Assembly: GCA_014727915.1 (NCBI GenBank) | Contig: WJMO01000005.1 | Coordinates: 160,001-224,000, forward strand | DNA length: 64,000 nt | Reading direction: 5' to 3' | Source: Candidatus Altiarchaeales archaeon | Lineage (GTDB): Archaea; Altiarchaeota; Altiarchaeia; IMC4; SCGC-AAA252-I15 | Shown here: positions 31,421 through 40,864 of the stretch, one piece after another | Position numbering within the stretch: the stretch's first letter is position 1 | How the letters are laid out: every line of letters begins with the position of its first letter | Made by a program: the position numbers and the translations under genes | Notes under the pieces: model-generated | Database searches by the model: none | What the model saw: only the letters and a program-made list of their open reading frames with translations | Told to the model about the DNA's origin: nothing

Positions 31421-32128
31421 CTAGGACCCCTTCATCTTATTGGTTAGGGTGTACAGTTCGGTGATAAGGCTCTTGATGTCGTTGACTGCGTTGTTTATCT
31501 TGATGGCTTCCTCTTCGATGTCGCTCGCGGTGTTCCTTATGGAAGAGTTCTCGCTGCTGGTCCTGATGTTGCCCGCCCAGTCGTCTATGTTGTCCGCCTT
31601 GCTGTTCATCTCGTTTATTCTGCTGCTTATCTCGTCCAGTTTCGTCTCCATGTCGAGGGCATCCCCCTTCATCCTGGTTATCTTGTTGTTGGCGACCACC
31701 AGGTCCTGGTGTTCCTTGTCGTATTTGTCCTTGTACTCCTGGCTTTCAGAGTAGTACTTGTCCGACAACGCGGCATACCTGTTCCTCTCCTCCAGGGTGC
31801 TGTTGAGGTCGCTCTCGAGGTTTGTCGCCTTGTCCTCCAATTCGTCGAAGTGGGTTCCGAGGCTCTTCTCCCTCTGCCGGGACAGGTTTATCTCGCTGAT
31901 GTACTCCATCAGCCTGCGCTCCCGGTCCATCAGGTCTGCCTCCAACATTGTGAGGTTATTCTGGGTGTCGTTCAATGCCCTGCTGAACTCGCTTACGTTC
32001 TCAACCGCCTCCAAGTAGTTATTCCTGAGGCCTTCGTAGGTGGTGTAATAGTAGATTACTATGAATATCATAGCCACTATCACTATCAGCAGCAATCCCA
32101 ACAATATCACGTTAACGTTGTGCTTCAT
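31421..32128 (-). CDS. N-terminally anchored coiled-coil protein
   Basis: One TM helix then about 200 aa of heptad repeats; first gene of the MoxR operon. Confidence 0.8.
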   Translation of the reverse strand: MKHNVNVILLGLLLIVIVAMIFIVIYYYTTYEGLRNNYLEAVENVSEFSRALNDTQNNLTMLEADLMDRERRLMEYISEINLSRQREKSLGTHFDELEDKATNLESDLNSTLEERNRYAALSDKYYSESQEYKDKYDKEHQDLVVANNKITRMKGDALDMETKLDEISSRINEMNSKADNIDDWAGNIRTSSENSSIRNTASDIEEEAIKINNAVNDIKSLITELYTLTNKMKGS

Positions 32129-32255
32129 CCTATCATTCTAGAAAAAGCCATCAACACCCATAAGATAATGTATTCCACGAATATAAGAACATCCCATGCC
32201 CCTGAACTGATTTAAATAGAATCAGTGTAATGTTATATACTTTTTCACCTGTAAA

Positions 32256-32429
32256 ATGAAGGTTAACCGGAGCAAGTGCCTCTACTGCGGCGGATGCGTT
32301 GGCGTATGCCCCGTTCATGCCATAGAGCTATTGGAGACCAGGATAGCCATAGACGGGGGAAAATGCACCAAATGCGGATTATGCGTTAGATTCTGCCCTG
32401 TAGCGGCGATTACATCTGATGATGAGTGA
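32256..32429 (+). CDS. 2x[4Fe-4S] ferredoxin (57 aa, not in ORF track)
   Basis: MKVNRSKCLYCGGCVGVCPVHAIELLETRIAIDGGKCTKCGLCVRFCPVAAITSDDE*, with two CxxCxxCxxxCP motifs. Overlaps the GGR start. Confidence 0.93.
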   Translation: MKVNRSKCLYCGGCVGVCPVHAIELLETRIAIDGGKCTKCGLCVRFCPVAAITSDDE

Positions 32430-33630
32430 ATACGACGTTGATGTGGTGGTTGTCGGGGCCGGCCCGGGAGGAAGCAGAGCAGCGTCAGAGCTGGCTAGGA
32501 AAGGCTTGAAAGTGCTGGTGTTGGAGAAGCGCCAGGAGATCGGAGCACCCAAGAGGTGCGCTGAAGGCCTTAACTTCGCCGCAGTGGCCGCCCTGCCCTT
32601 CGAAATCGACGGCAGGTGGGCGACCCAGGCCATAAAGTCGTGCAGGCTTTTCTCTCCAGCTGGCAAGGAGGTCATGATAAAGCACCCCACCTACGGGGGG
32701 TATGTGATAGAGCGTAAGGTGTTCGAGAAGTTCCTGGCCGAGGACGCTATAAAAGCCGGTGCCAAGTACATGGTGAAGACTAACGTATTTGAAGTCTTGA
32801 AAGACGGTGAGGGCAGGGTCGTCGGGGTTAAGGCCGATCACATGGGCGAGGACATAACCGCCAGGTCCAAGCTGGTCTTGGCAGCTGATGGCGTGGACTC
32901 CCTGACCGCCAAGAGGGCGGGCATCAACACTGCCAACAAGATAAGCGACTACCACAGCGGATTCCAGTATGAGATGGCGGGTTTGAAGAACGTAGATCCA
33001 GAGTGCCTGTATGTGTTCTTCGGCGAGGAGGTCGCCCCCAAAGGCTACCTGTGGATATTCCCCAAAGGCCATTCTTTCGCCAACGTCGGCATAGGGATAA
33101 CATCCGCGAACTCCGAGAGCGGCGGAGAGCCCAGGAAATACCTGGACCGGTTCATTGCAGACAACCCCAAGTACTTCGAGGGTGCCAGCCCCGTGGAAGT
33201 GAACGGCGGGGGAATACCCTTGAGTGCCTCAGCACCGACTTTCGTCGGCGACGGGATAATGCTGGTGGGTGACGCGGCCCAGCAGGTTAACCCCATACAC
33301 GGCGGCGGCATTGCGTTGGCCATGCGCTCGGCCATACTGGCGTCGGAGGTCGCGGCAGCCGCCATATCGGAAGGCGACCTTTCCAGGGAGCGTCTCATGG
33401 AGTATGAGCGGCGCTGGTTCGAGGGCGGTGACGGAGCCAAGCTCAAGAGGCTCTACAAGCTCAGGATGTTCATGGAGAAGCTCGAGGACAAGGATTTCGA
33501 GACCCTCGCTGAAGTGATGGGCAGCGAAGACCTGCTCAAGCTTTTGGGCGGGGATAACAAGTACATCCTGAAGCTGCTCCTGACCAAAGCCCCCAAGCTG
33601 ATCCCGCTGGCCAAGAAGTTCCTCGTTTGA
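32419..33630 (+). CDS. Digeranylgeranylglycerophospholipid reductase (GGR family)
   Basis: VVGAGPGGS, PKRCAEG, YLWIFPKGHSFANVGIG, LVGDAAQQVNPIHGGGI. Confidence 0.92.
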   Translation: MMSEYDVDVVVVGAGPGGSRAASELARKGLKVLVLEKRQEIGAPKRCAEGLNFAAVAALPFEIDGRWATQAIKSCRLFSPAGKEVMIKHPTYGGYVIERKVFEKFLAEDAIKAGAKYMVKTNVFEVLKDGEGRVVGVKADHMGEDITARSKLVLAADGVDSLTAKRAGINTANKISDYHSGFQYEMAGLKNVDPECLYVFFGEEVAPKGYLWIFPKGHSFANVGIGITSANSESGGEPRKYLDRFIADNPKYFEGASPVEVNGGGIPLSASAPTFVGDGIMLVGDAAQQVNPIHGGGIALAMRSAILASEVAAAAISEGDLSRERLMEYERRWFEGGDGAKLKRLYKLRMFMEKLEDKDFETLAEVMGSEDLLKLLGGDNKYILKLLLTKAPKLIPLAKKFLV

Positions 33631-33710
33631 AGCTCGCATGAGAGGAGATTGTATTTATTCTCTGAATTTCATATTCAACGGGTCATAGACGCGGCATATG
33701 CCTTGATGCA

Positions 33711-34037
33711 GTGCCCTCCAAGAAAGTGTTTTTAACCAGATTTTTTTATGCCGCATTGTATGCGGTGAACCTGGCCTTCCACATGCTCCGGTCTTCCCTA
33801 GAGACGGGCCTATACTCTGTCACGGGCCGGATAGACCCGCAGGTGATAGAGGTTGAAACCGTACTGAAAAGCCCGTTCTCCCAGGTTCTGCTCGCAAATT
33901 CGATAACTTTGACCCCCGGCACATTGACTGTAGACCTGGACTCCCAGGCCAGGAAGCTCAAAGTCGCCGTGTTGACACCCCGGAAACCCTCTTCTGTGAT
34001 ACCCTTCGAGAAATACATTGGGGGTATGCTAGAGTGA
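33711..34037 (+). CDS. ehbA: Energy-converting hydrogenase subunit, MnhE-like
   Basis: LLANSITLTPGTLTVD; first gene of the operon. Confidence 0.8.
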   Translation: MPSKKVFLTRFFYAALYAVNLAFHMLRSSLETGLYSVTGRIDPQVIEVETVLKSPFSQVLLANSITLTPGTLTVDLDSQARKLKVAVLTPRKPSSVIPFEKYIGGMLE

Positions 34038-34282
34038 TAGAGCTGCTAATATCCTCATTGGCCGTGGGCGTTCTCGTAGGAGTCGTTCTCGTGTCCCGGG
34101 GCGGGCCTGAGAACTCGCTGATAGGCTTGAACATAGCGACGATATGTGCGATAACGGCATTTCTCGCAGTCCAGCGTGAACAGAACATACTTTTCACAGG
34201 AGACATACTGTTCTATCTGATCCTCCCCGGAGTCTTCGGTGTCATAGTCTTCACAAGGTTCATGTCGGAGGTGCGGGATTGA
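34034..34282 (+). CDS. ehbB: Energy-converting hydrogenase membrane subunit, MnhF-like
   Basis: Three TM helices; operon position. Confidence 0.65.
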   Translation: MIELLISSLAVGVLVGVVLVSRGGPENSLIGLNIATICAITAFLAVQREQNILFTGDILFYLILPGVFGVIVFTRFMSEVRD

Positions 34283-34566
34283 TATGGGAAGTCTCTGGAT
34301 CGGGTTTGTTGGAACTGGCATATGGTGTTTCATCAGCTCTCATACTGGCAGCCTCAATAGGGATCCTACAATCCCCCGAGAGGAAGAACATGGTATATGC
34401 GAGGATACACATGGCAGGAGTCATCGACGTAGTATGCATGTTCCTAACGGTCATACTCGGCTACCCCCTCATAGGTTTGATCTACTTTGTGGTCGTCCCC
34501 CTGACAGGACATGCCATAGCCAACGCACACTACCACCGCAGCACCGGCGGGGAGGTGGCGGGTTGA
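34279..34566 (+). CDS. ehbC: Energy-converting hydrogenase subunit, MnhG-like
   Basis: VYARIHMAGVID, PLTGHAIANAHY. Confidence 0.8.
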   Translation: MIWEVSGSGLLELAYGVSSALILAASIGILQSPERKNMVYARIHMAGVIDVVCMFLTVILGYPLIGLIYFVVVPLTGHAIANAHYHRSTGGEVAG

Positions 34567-34799
34567 TAGAGTATATACTCATGCTGTCTGCTGTTGTCGT
34601 AGCATACATGTCCCTCAAGCCTAAGGACCTCCTAAAGGCGGTGATAATCGGCACAGGCATAGAAGGCCTTGCTTTGGCGGTGCTCTACCAGCAGCTCCTG
34701 GCCTCGGACGTCGCCCTGACCCAGGCGATAATCTGCTCGGCGATACTGCCCGGCCTGTTCGCGATAGTCGTATATAAGACTCAGAGGTGGGAGGAGTGA
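34563..34799 (+). CDS. ehbD: Energy-converting hydrogenase subunit, DUF4040-type
   Basis: TTG start overlapping the previous stop; KDLLKAVI, LLASDVALTQAI. Confidence 0.78.
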   Translation: MIEYILMLSAVVVAYMSLKPKDLLKAVIIGTGIEGLALAVLYQQLLASDVALTQAIICSAILPGLFAIVVYKTQRWEE

Positions 34800-35155
34800 T
34801 ACAAGAAGCATCTTTCATAACCGCCGCATTCCTGTTCATCATCGGTTTATGGGCTGTACTGTCAAAGGACAACCTGCTGAAGAAGGTGCTGGGGATAACT
34901 TTCATATCGGATGCTGTCAACCTGGTTCTAGTCTCCATGGGCTACCGTGAAGGCGGTATAGTTCCCATAATCATGCCTGGTGTGGGGTCGGGGGAGTTCG
35001 CATCCCAGGCCGCATACCCGCTGCCCATGGCATTGGTTCTGACCAACATAGTAATATCAGTAGCCACGGTTTCTCTGATACTCGGATTGTGCGTGAAGCT
35101 ATACCAGAAGAACAAGACGTTGAGTGCTGGGAGGTTATGGGATGGCGAACGTTGA
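34796..35155 (+). CDS. ehbE: Energy-converting hydrogenase subunit, MnhC/NuoK-like
   Basis: DNLLKKVLG, YPLPMALVLTNIVI. Confidence 0.85.
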   Translation: MIQEASFITAAFLFIIGLWAVLSKDNLLKKVLGITFISDAVNLVLVSMGYREGGIVPIIMPGVGSGEFASQAAYPLPMALVLTNIVISVATVSLILGLCVKLYQKNKTLSAGRLWDGER

Positions 35156-36605
35156 GCTTCTTCCATTGATGGTGGTCCTGCCTCTGGCTGTTGCGGTAGT
35201 ATCCAACCTTTTTCACGGCAGGAACCGCCTGCTGGCATTGACCGCCATGACTGCAACGCTCTTGTTCATGGTGCTGCCGCTGCTAATGCCATATGGCATG
35301 CACACATTCGGCGGCCACGTAAGGGAGGCTCAGAAGACAGAACTGGCCCTTGGAGTCATATACGTGTTCCAACACCACCACCGGATAATAGTGTTCATAC
35401 TGGCTTTGATAGCCCACCTGGTCGTGTCATCATATGCGGGCGCCTACCGGAAGCTATCAGGGCCTTACCTGGGGTTCATGATGATGGGCGTGGCAGCATC
35501 AACTGCCGTATTATTGGCTGATGACTTCTTCAACTTCTATGTGTTCCTGGAGGTTGCGCTGATATCCCAGGCTGCCATGGCCATCGCCTCCGGCACAGAA
35601 CAGGCGTACAAGGCAGTGGTCAAGTACTTGATCGTTGCTAATGTAGCGGGAAACTGCCTACTCCTGGCGGTCGCGTTCCTCTTCTCGCTGGCAGGTTCGC
35701 TGAACATATCGGACATGCAGTCCTTCATATCCGCCAACGGGCCCGCCCTAGCCTACAACCCGGTGTTCCTTGCGTCCTGCGCTCTCACAATCTTCGCGTG
35801 GACCTACGCATCCGGCGTATTCCCCTTCCACAACATCAAATCCGAGCTTTACGCGTCGGCCAGGCCCCACGCGTCCGGGCTCATGCAGACAATGACAAAG
35901 TTCATAATGGTGGCTTTGGCTATCGTATTGCTGAAGCTCTTCGCTGACGTCGGGTCCCTGAGGATGGTCATGCTCTACGCCTCCCTGGGAGCGATGGTCT
36001 TCGGCGTCATCATGGCTTTGAAGCAGGACAACTACCAGCGTATGCTCAGCTACCACGCAATATCCCAGGCGGGCTATGTGGCGTCGGGCCTGAGCATCGG
36101 AACCCCGGTTGCCATAATAGCGGGAATATTCCACGCCGTCAACCACGTGCTCTACAAGACCGCCTTGTTTCTCGGGTGCGAGTGCGTGGAGTACAGGGCC
36201 GGCACCACAGACTTCAAGGGAGTAAGCGGCCTGATACACTCCCTCCCCCTCATAGGATTCCTCGTGTTATGCGCGAAGTTCGCCATATCGGGGATACCCC
36301 CGTTCAACGGCTTCCAGAGCAAGCTCATGCTCATGACCGCAGCATTCGACGCTGGCATGCCAGAAGTGACTCTGGTGATGATACTAGTCAGTGTGCTCAC
36401 GTTCATATCGATGATGAAGGCATTCCACCTGGTCTACATGAGACATCCGACACAGGATACTAGGGAGCCTAGGGAGATTCCGAAGTCTTATGTTGTCGCC
36501 TTGATTATACTGGTGGGTTTGTGCGTTCTGCTGGGCGTGTACCCCCAGCTTGCAACACGTTACATAGAGCCTATAGCCTACGGGATAGGCTTCAATTGGA
36601 GGTGA
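35142..36605 (+). CDS. ehbF: Antiporter-like ion-translocating subunit, MnhD/NuoN-like
   Basis: DDFFNFYVFLEV, MLSYHAISQAGY, FHAVNHVLYKTALFL, ISGIPPFNGFQSK. Confidence 0.9.
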   Translation: MANVELLPLMVVLPLAVAVVSNLFHGRNRLLALTAMTATLLFMVLPLLMPYGMHTFGGHVREAQKTELALGVIYVFQHHHRIIVFILALIAHLVVSSYAGAYRKLSGPYLGFMMMGVAASTAVLLADDFFNFYVFLEVALISQAAMAIASGTEQAYKAVVKYLIVANVAGNCLLLAVAFLFSLAGSLNISDMQSFISANGPALAYNPVFLASCALTIFAWTYASGVFPFHNIKSELYASARPHASGLMQTMTKFIMVALAIVLLKLFADVGSLRMVMLYASLGAMVFGVIMALKQDNYQRMLSYHAISQAGYVASGLSIGTPVAIIAGIFHAVNHVLYKTALFLGCECVEYRAGTTDFKGVSGLIHSLPLIGFLVLCAKFAISGIPPFNGFQSKLMLMTAAFDAGMPEVTLVMILVSVLTFISMMKAFHLVYMRHPTQDTREPREIPKSYVVALIILVGLCVLLGVYPQLATRYIEPIAYGIGFNWR

Positions 36606-36611
36606 TTTGGA

Positions 36612-36920
36612 GTGTACGGCGATCTGCTTAAGGGTTTGTGGAATCGGGATTCAGGCGATAGCGTGCACGCCGCTTCCGTTTTCGCAATAGAGTTCCAGTC
36701 AATCGCGGCATTCCTCCTCCTGACCTTCCTCGCAGTCAGGTTCATATCAGCCTATGCCGCGCTGCCTGCCGTGCTGTTGGCCCTGATGCTACTGCGGGGC
36801 AGGACCCTCACGTTCACTGTTCTGCGGGAGAATGACGACCGTTTCCAGACCCTATTATTCTATCTGATAGTCTCGCTTGGGGTCATATCACTGTCTGTGG
36901 GGTGGTATCTGTGGGTGTGA
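36612..36920 (+). CDS. ehbG: Energy-converting hydrogenase small membrane subunit
   Basis: Three TM helices; operon position. Confidence 0.55.
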   Translation: MYGDLLKGLWNRDSGDSVHAASVFAIEFQSIAAFLLLTFLAVRFISAYAALPAVLLALMLLRGRTLTFTVLRENDDRFQTLLFYLIVSLGVISLSVGWYLWV

Positions 36921-37642
36921 GGAGGGTGATAATGGCGTCCGCGCTTGCGGTTTTCTCCCTGCTCGTCCTGGACGCCATGATGTCCATGTCCATAGACCCG
37001 GGCGTCAGCAGAGTCTACAACACAGTCGGCGTCAAGGTCGCTAAGAACATGGTGACCGCCATATTGTTTGACTTCAGGGGATATGACACCCTCGGCGAAG
37101 CCATAATACTAGTCACGGGCGTGCTGGCCGTTTCCCTGCTGTTCGGCAGGGGCCTCCTCTCCGGCGACGTGCACGAGGACGCAGACGACGAGCTCAGGGA
37201 ATCTCTCGTTCTGAGGACGTACGCCCCCCTGCTAGCGTCACTGGTGGTGGTCCTCGGTGTCTTCGTGACTCTCGGCGGCCACATAACACCCGGCGGAGGA
37301 TTCCAGGGAGGCTCGATAATCGCGTCGGGGATGCTGCTGACCCTCGTCGTCTGCGGCCGCGGCGCGGTGAAGATCTCCCATCCGACGCTGGTTAAGATGG
37401 AGGCAGCCGGGGTGCTGTTATACCTCACTCTCGGAATCTTAGGGCTTTTATCCAGCGGATACTTCCTCTACAACCTGGGCGTCGACTTGTACGGCATAGT
37501 ATCCCCAGACATGGCCTCGATTTTCAACTACCCTGACGGCGTCGACGCAGGCATAGTCCCCTACCTCAACATCGCAGTGCTCATAAAGGTTTCGGCAGGT
37601 CTCACCACGGTGATGCTGGTGCTCCTGGGAGGCAAAAGATGA
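36902..37642 (+). CDS. Energy-converting hydrogenase subunit, MnhB-like (EhbH/I fused)
   Basis: NMVTAILFDFRGYDTLGE, GGHITPGGGFQGG. Confidence 0.85.
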   Translation: MVSVGVRRVIMASALAVFSLLVLDAMMSMSIDPGVSRVYNTVGVKVAKNMVTAILFDFRGYDTLGEAIILVTGVLAVSLLFGRGLLSGDVHEDADDELRESLVLRTYAPLLASLVVVLGVFVTLGGHITPGGGFQGGSIIASGMLLTLVVCGRGAVKISHPTLVKMEAAGVLLYLTLGILGLLSSGYFLYNLGVDLYGIVSPDMASIFNYPDGVDAGIVPYLNIAVLIKVSAGLTTVMLVLLGGKR

Positions 37643-37848
37643 ACGTAGTAGTCTACGCCATCGCATTCTGCGCTGGAGCATTGTATGGGCGGTGGGTTGA
37701 AAGGGCGAAGGCAGCCCCCCTCCTGCTATTGGGCATTCTGTCGGCTGTGCTGTTGGGCAACTACCCCTACTACTCTGTTGAAGGGTTTTCCACGGTATTT
37801 ATCTCCTCACTCATTGGTGTTGTAGTCGGAGGTCGCATTCGAAGATGA
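37639..37848 (+). CDS. ehbJ: Energy-converting hydrogenase small membrane subunit
   Basis: Hydrophobic 69 aa with GNYPYY; operon position. Confidence 0.6.
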   Translation: MNVVVYAIAFCAGALYGRWVERAKAAPLLLLGILSAVLLGNYPYYSVEGFSTVFISSLIGVVVGGRIRR

Positions 37849-38300
37849 ATCCGGTGATCCAACTGTTGAAGCACATCACATACGGCATAGCCACGCTGCC
37901 TAGGATAGTCCTCGGTACCGGAAGGCTCACCGACGACCAGATGCGCAAGACCGTGCTGTCAGGGGCTGTGAAATACCCGGACACAGTTGACGTGGACGCG
38001 TGCATCGGCTGCGGAGTCTGCGCCATGGTGTGTCCGATGAAGTGCATAACCATGAAGCCGTTGGAGGAGAAGGTGAAGCTGAGGGAGAACCAGTACAAGG
38101 ACAAATACCCCGAGATCAACCCTGCCCAGTGCATATTCTGCTTCCAATGCCACGACAACTGCCCAGTCTACAAGGTGCATCACCGCTCCTCGGCCATACA
38201 CCCCCGGGGAATCCGAAAGACAGGCATCACCGCAGAAGGCCTGTTCCGCAGGATGGACGAGAAAATCAAAAAACAGGGTGGAGGTGGCGGAAATGGTTAA
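37845..38300 (+). CDS. ehbL: 4Fe-4S dicluster subunit, NuoI-like
   Basis: CIGCGVCAMVCP and CIFCFQCHDNCP. Confidence 0.85.
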   Translation: MNPVIQLLKHITYGIATLPRIVLGTGRLTDDQMRKTVLSGAVKYPDTVDVDACIGCGVCAMVCPMKCITMKPLEEKVKLRENQYKDKYPEINPAQCIFCFQCHDNCPVYKVHHRSSAIHPRGIRKTGITAEGLFRRMDEKIKKQGGGGGNG

Positions 38301-38739
38301 GAGATCAGCCCGTAGGAAGTCAGTCCATGTCATGTTCGTCTACACGGGAGGATGCAACGGCTGCGAGATAGAGATAGCCAACGCGCTATTCTCGCCCTAC
38401 TATGACCTGGAACAATACCGGGTGATGATGACCTTCAACCCCCGGGAGGCCGACGTGCTCATAGTCACAGGACCGATAACAAAGAGGAACGAACCCCAGT
38501 TGAAGGCCATATACGAGCGTATACCCGAGCCGAAGGCTGTCATAGCATGCGGGGCGTGCGCAATAGTCGGGGGCATCTACGTGAACCTCTACGGCGAACT
38601 CGGGCCCAGCGACCAGATACGCGGACCCCTCGGCAACATTCTGCCGGTGGATGCGAGCGCGCGCGGATGCGCTCCCAGGCCGGAGGAGATAATACGGGCG
38701 GTGTCATCGGTGATACCTAAGATAGTGGAGGCGAAATGA
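38293..38739 (+). CDS. ehbM: [NiFe] hydrogenase small subunit
   Basis: GGCNGCEIE, NPREAD, TGPIT, GACAIVGG, GCAPRPE. Confidence 0.92.
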   Translation: MVKRSARRKSVHVMFVYTGGCNGCEIEIANALFSPYYDLEQYRVMMTFNPREADVLIVTGPITKRNEPQLKAIYERIPEPKAVIACGACAIVGGIYVNLYGELGPSDQIRGPLGNILPVDASARGCAPRPEEIIRAVSSVIPKIVEAK

Positions 38740-39902
38740 ACTCGGACAGGGATAGGCTCACGGAAGTGGATGTGGGCACCGTGCACCCGGTGCTGGTCGA
38801 ACCCTTCAGGACCAGGTTCTGGGTGGAAGACGAGATGGTCCGCGACTGTGAGATAACATACAACGCAGCCCACAGGGGCATAGAACGCATACTAGAAGGC
38901 ATACCCTTGGCGAAGGCACATATGATAACAGAGAAGGTCTGCGGGCTCTGCAGCCACTTCCACCTGTGGAACAGCATCCGGGTGACGGAGAAGGCCATGG
39001 ACCTCGAAGTCCCCGAGCGGGCCGAGTACATCCGGGTGTTGATAGCGGAATTGGAGAGGATACACTCCCACCTGTTCTTCCTCGGACACGGCTGCGAGAC
39101 CATGGGCCAGGAGACCTTCACATACCGCGCCTTCGCTCTCAGGGAGCCGCTGATGCGGGTGTTGTACGAGCTCACAGGCAACCGCGTCCACTATGCGGTA
39201 CCAGCCATCGGCGGGGTCAGGCCAAGGGCCAACCCCACACCCGATATGCTCAAAAACGTTTCCTCCATGTTGGACGAGCTGGAGAAGGGGCTGATGTCCT
39301 TCATAGACAGGATCACAACCGACCCTATGGTGTTGGCGAGGGTCACAGGCGTCGGCGTATTGGACCGGAAGGTCGCTGAGGAATACCATGCGGTCGGCCC
39401 CACCGCCAGGGCGTCGGATGTGGACAACGACGTCCGCCATCACATGCACGAGTACGACCACTTCAACTTCGACTACATCACATTGAAGGACGGCGACGTA
39501 AAGGACAGGCTCATACTCCGGTGCCTGGAGATACCCGAGAGCATGAGGATCATACGGCAGGTGCTGGACGAGATACCGCCCGGGAAGGTGGGGACCGTTC
39601 CCAAGTTCAAGTATGACACGGAATTCGCGACGACATACATAGAGGCGCCCCGTGGGGAGTTGTTCCACTCACTCCGCATCGACGCGGAAGGAAAGGTCCG
39701 CAACTACAGGATACGAACTCCAACACCTCCGAACCTCACCTGCATGGAGCAGGCCTGCATCGGCGACCAGCTGACGGACGCGATACTCACCATAATCAGC
39801 TGCGACCCCTGCCTCTCATGCTCCAGCAGGGCATTGGTGGTTGACATGGGCACGGGCGAGGAGAAGGTTGTGGACTTCAGGGAGGTGAAGGCGAAATGCT
39901 AG
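38736..39902 (+). CDS. ehbN: Group 4 [NiFe] hydrogenase large subunit
   Basis: L1 EKVCGLCSHFH; L2 DPCLSCSSR plus a C-terminal extension; EAPRGE, IRTPT. Confidence 0.93.
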   Translation: MNSDRDRLTEVDVGTVHPVLVEPFRTRFWVEDEMVRDCEITYNAAHRGIERILEGIPLAKAHMITEKVCGLCSHFHLWNSIRVTEKAMDLEVPERAEYIRVLIAELERIHSHLFFLGHGCETMGQETFTYRAFALREPLMRVLYELTGNRVHYAVPAIGGVRPRANPTPDMLKNVSSMLDELEKGLMSFIDRITTDPMVLARVTGVGVLDRKVAEEYHAVGPTARASDVDNDVRHHMHEYDHFNFDYITLKDGDVKDRLILRCLEIPESMRIIRQVLDEIPPGKVGTVPKFKYDTEFATTYIEAPRGELFHSLRIDAEGKVRNYRIRTPTPPNLTCMEQACIGDQLTDAILTIISCDPCLSCSSRALVVDMGTGEEKVVDFREVKAKC

Positions 39903-40861
39903 TCGAGTCGCTTGCAGTACTGGCGGTCGCTTTCACAATCTCACTGTTCATATCCGGTTTGGAGCGTAAGATACAGGCCCATATCCAGCAGAGGCGCGGC
40001 CCACCACTGACGACCCCTGGGTTATGGAGCGTGATCAAGTTCCTCCACAAGGAACCTACCGAACCGGACTCTCCCTCCTCATCATTTTACAAGCTATTGC
40101 TGGTCTTGAACGCGGTCTCTCTAGTATTCATACTACTGTTCACGAACCCACTATGGTATGGTGTCCTCGGATTCTCCTCATTGCTCGGCCTGCTAGGCCT
40201 GCTGAAGCTGGAGGAAGTGTCGTATATGCTGATGGGCTCCCTCTCACGTTCTGTGATGAGCAAGTCCATGCCCTTCCCAGACACCATAGCAGGCAGCAAG
40301 CTCGGGGGGGCCCGCTCCTATTTCGAGGACGTCGCCGCAGTCCGCTCGCTGAAGATGATAACCTTCGGCTCCTTCCCCTTCTACATTGCGCTGCTCATGC
40401 CATTCGCCCATGTGATGTCCATGGACGTCGAGGCAGTGTTAGCCGGTCCCCCGCTGATATTCACGCTCTCAGGATTGGTTGCAGCCTTCATATACTTCAT
40501 AGGCTATAACATGCTCATAAACAACCGTCCATTCGACATCATCAAGCCGAAGATAGACGTGATCGAGGGTCCGGTGATGGAGTACGCCGCCGGCTGGAGG
40601 GGAATGTACTACCTCAAGAAAGGATTCTCCATGTTCGTGCTGTCAAGCGTGTTCGTCACTCTATTCATTGGCGTTCCACCGGACCTTTCCGACCCTGGGA
40701 CCCTGGTCACTCACATGTGCGTGGCTCTGGCCTTCCCAGTATGCGCTTCGATCCTGAAGGCCTACAGTCCAGTCTTCACATTCAAGCAGATATATCCCAT
40801 CTCGCTTTCACTCACGGTCCTGGGCGTGCTAGCCCTCACATTGAACATAATAGGGTTTTGA
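39896..40861 (+). CDS. ehbO: Energy-converting hydrogenase membrane subunit, NuoH-like
   Basis: GLERKIQAHIQQRRGPP, RPFDI...EGPVMEY. Confidence 0.9.
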   Translation: MLVESLAVLAVAFTISLFISGLERKIQAHIQQRRGPPLTTPGLWSVIKFLHKEPTEPDSPSSSFYKLLLVLNAVSLVFILLFTNPLWYGVLGFSSLLGLLGLLKLEEVSYMLMGSLSRSVMSKSMPFPDTIAGSKLGGARSYFEDVAAVRSLKMITFGSFPFYIALLMPFAHVMSMDVEAVLAGPPLIFTLSGLVAAFIYFIGYNMLINNRPFDIIKPKIDVIEGPVMEYAAGWRGMYYLKKGFSMFVLSSVFVTLFIGVPPDLSDPGTLVTHMCVALAFPVCASILKAYSPVFTFKQIYPISLSLTVLGVLALTLNIIGF

Positions 40862-40864
40862 AAG

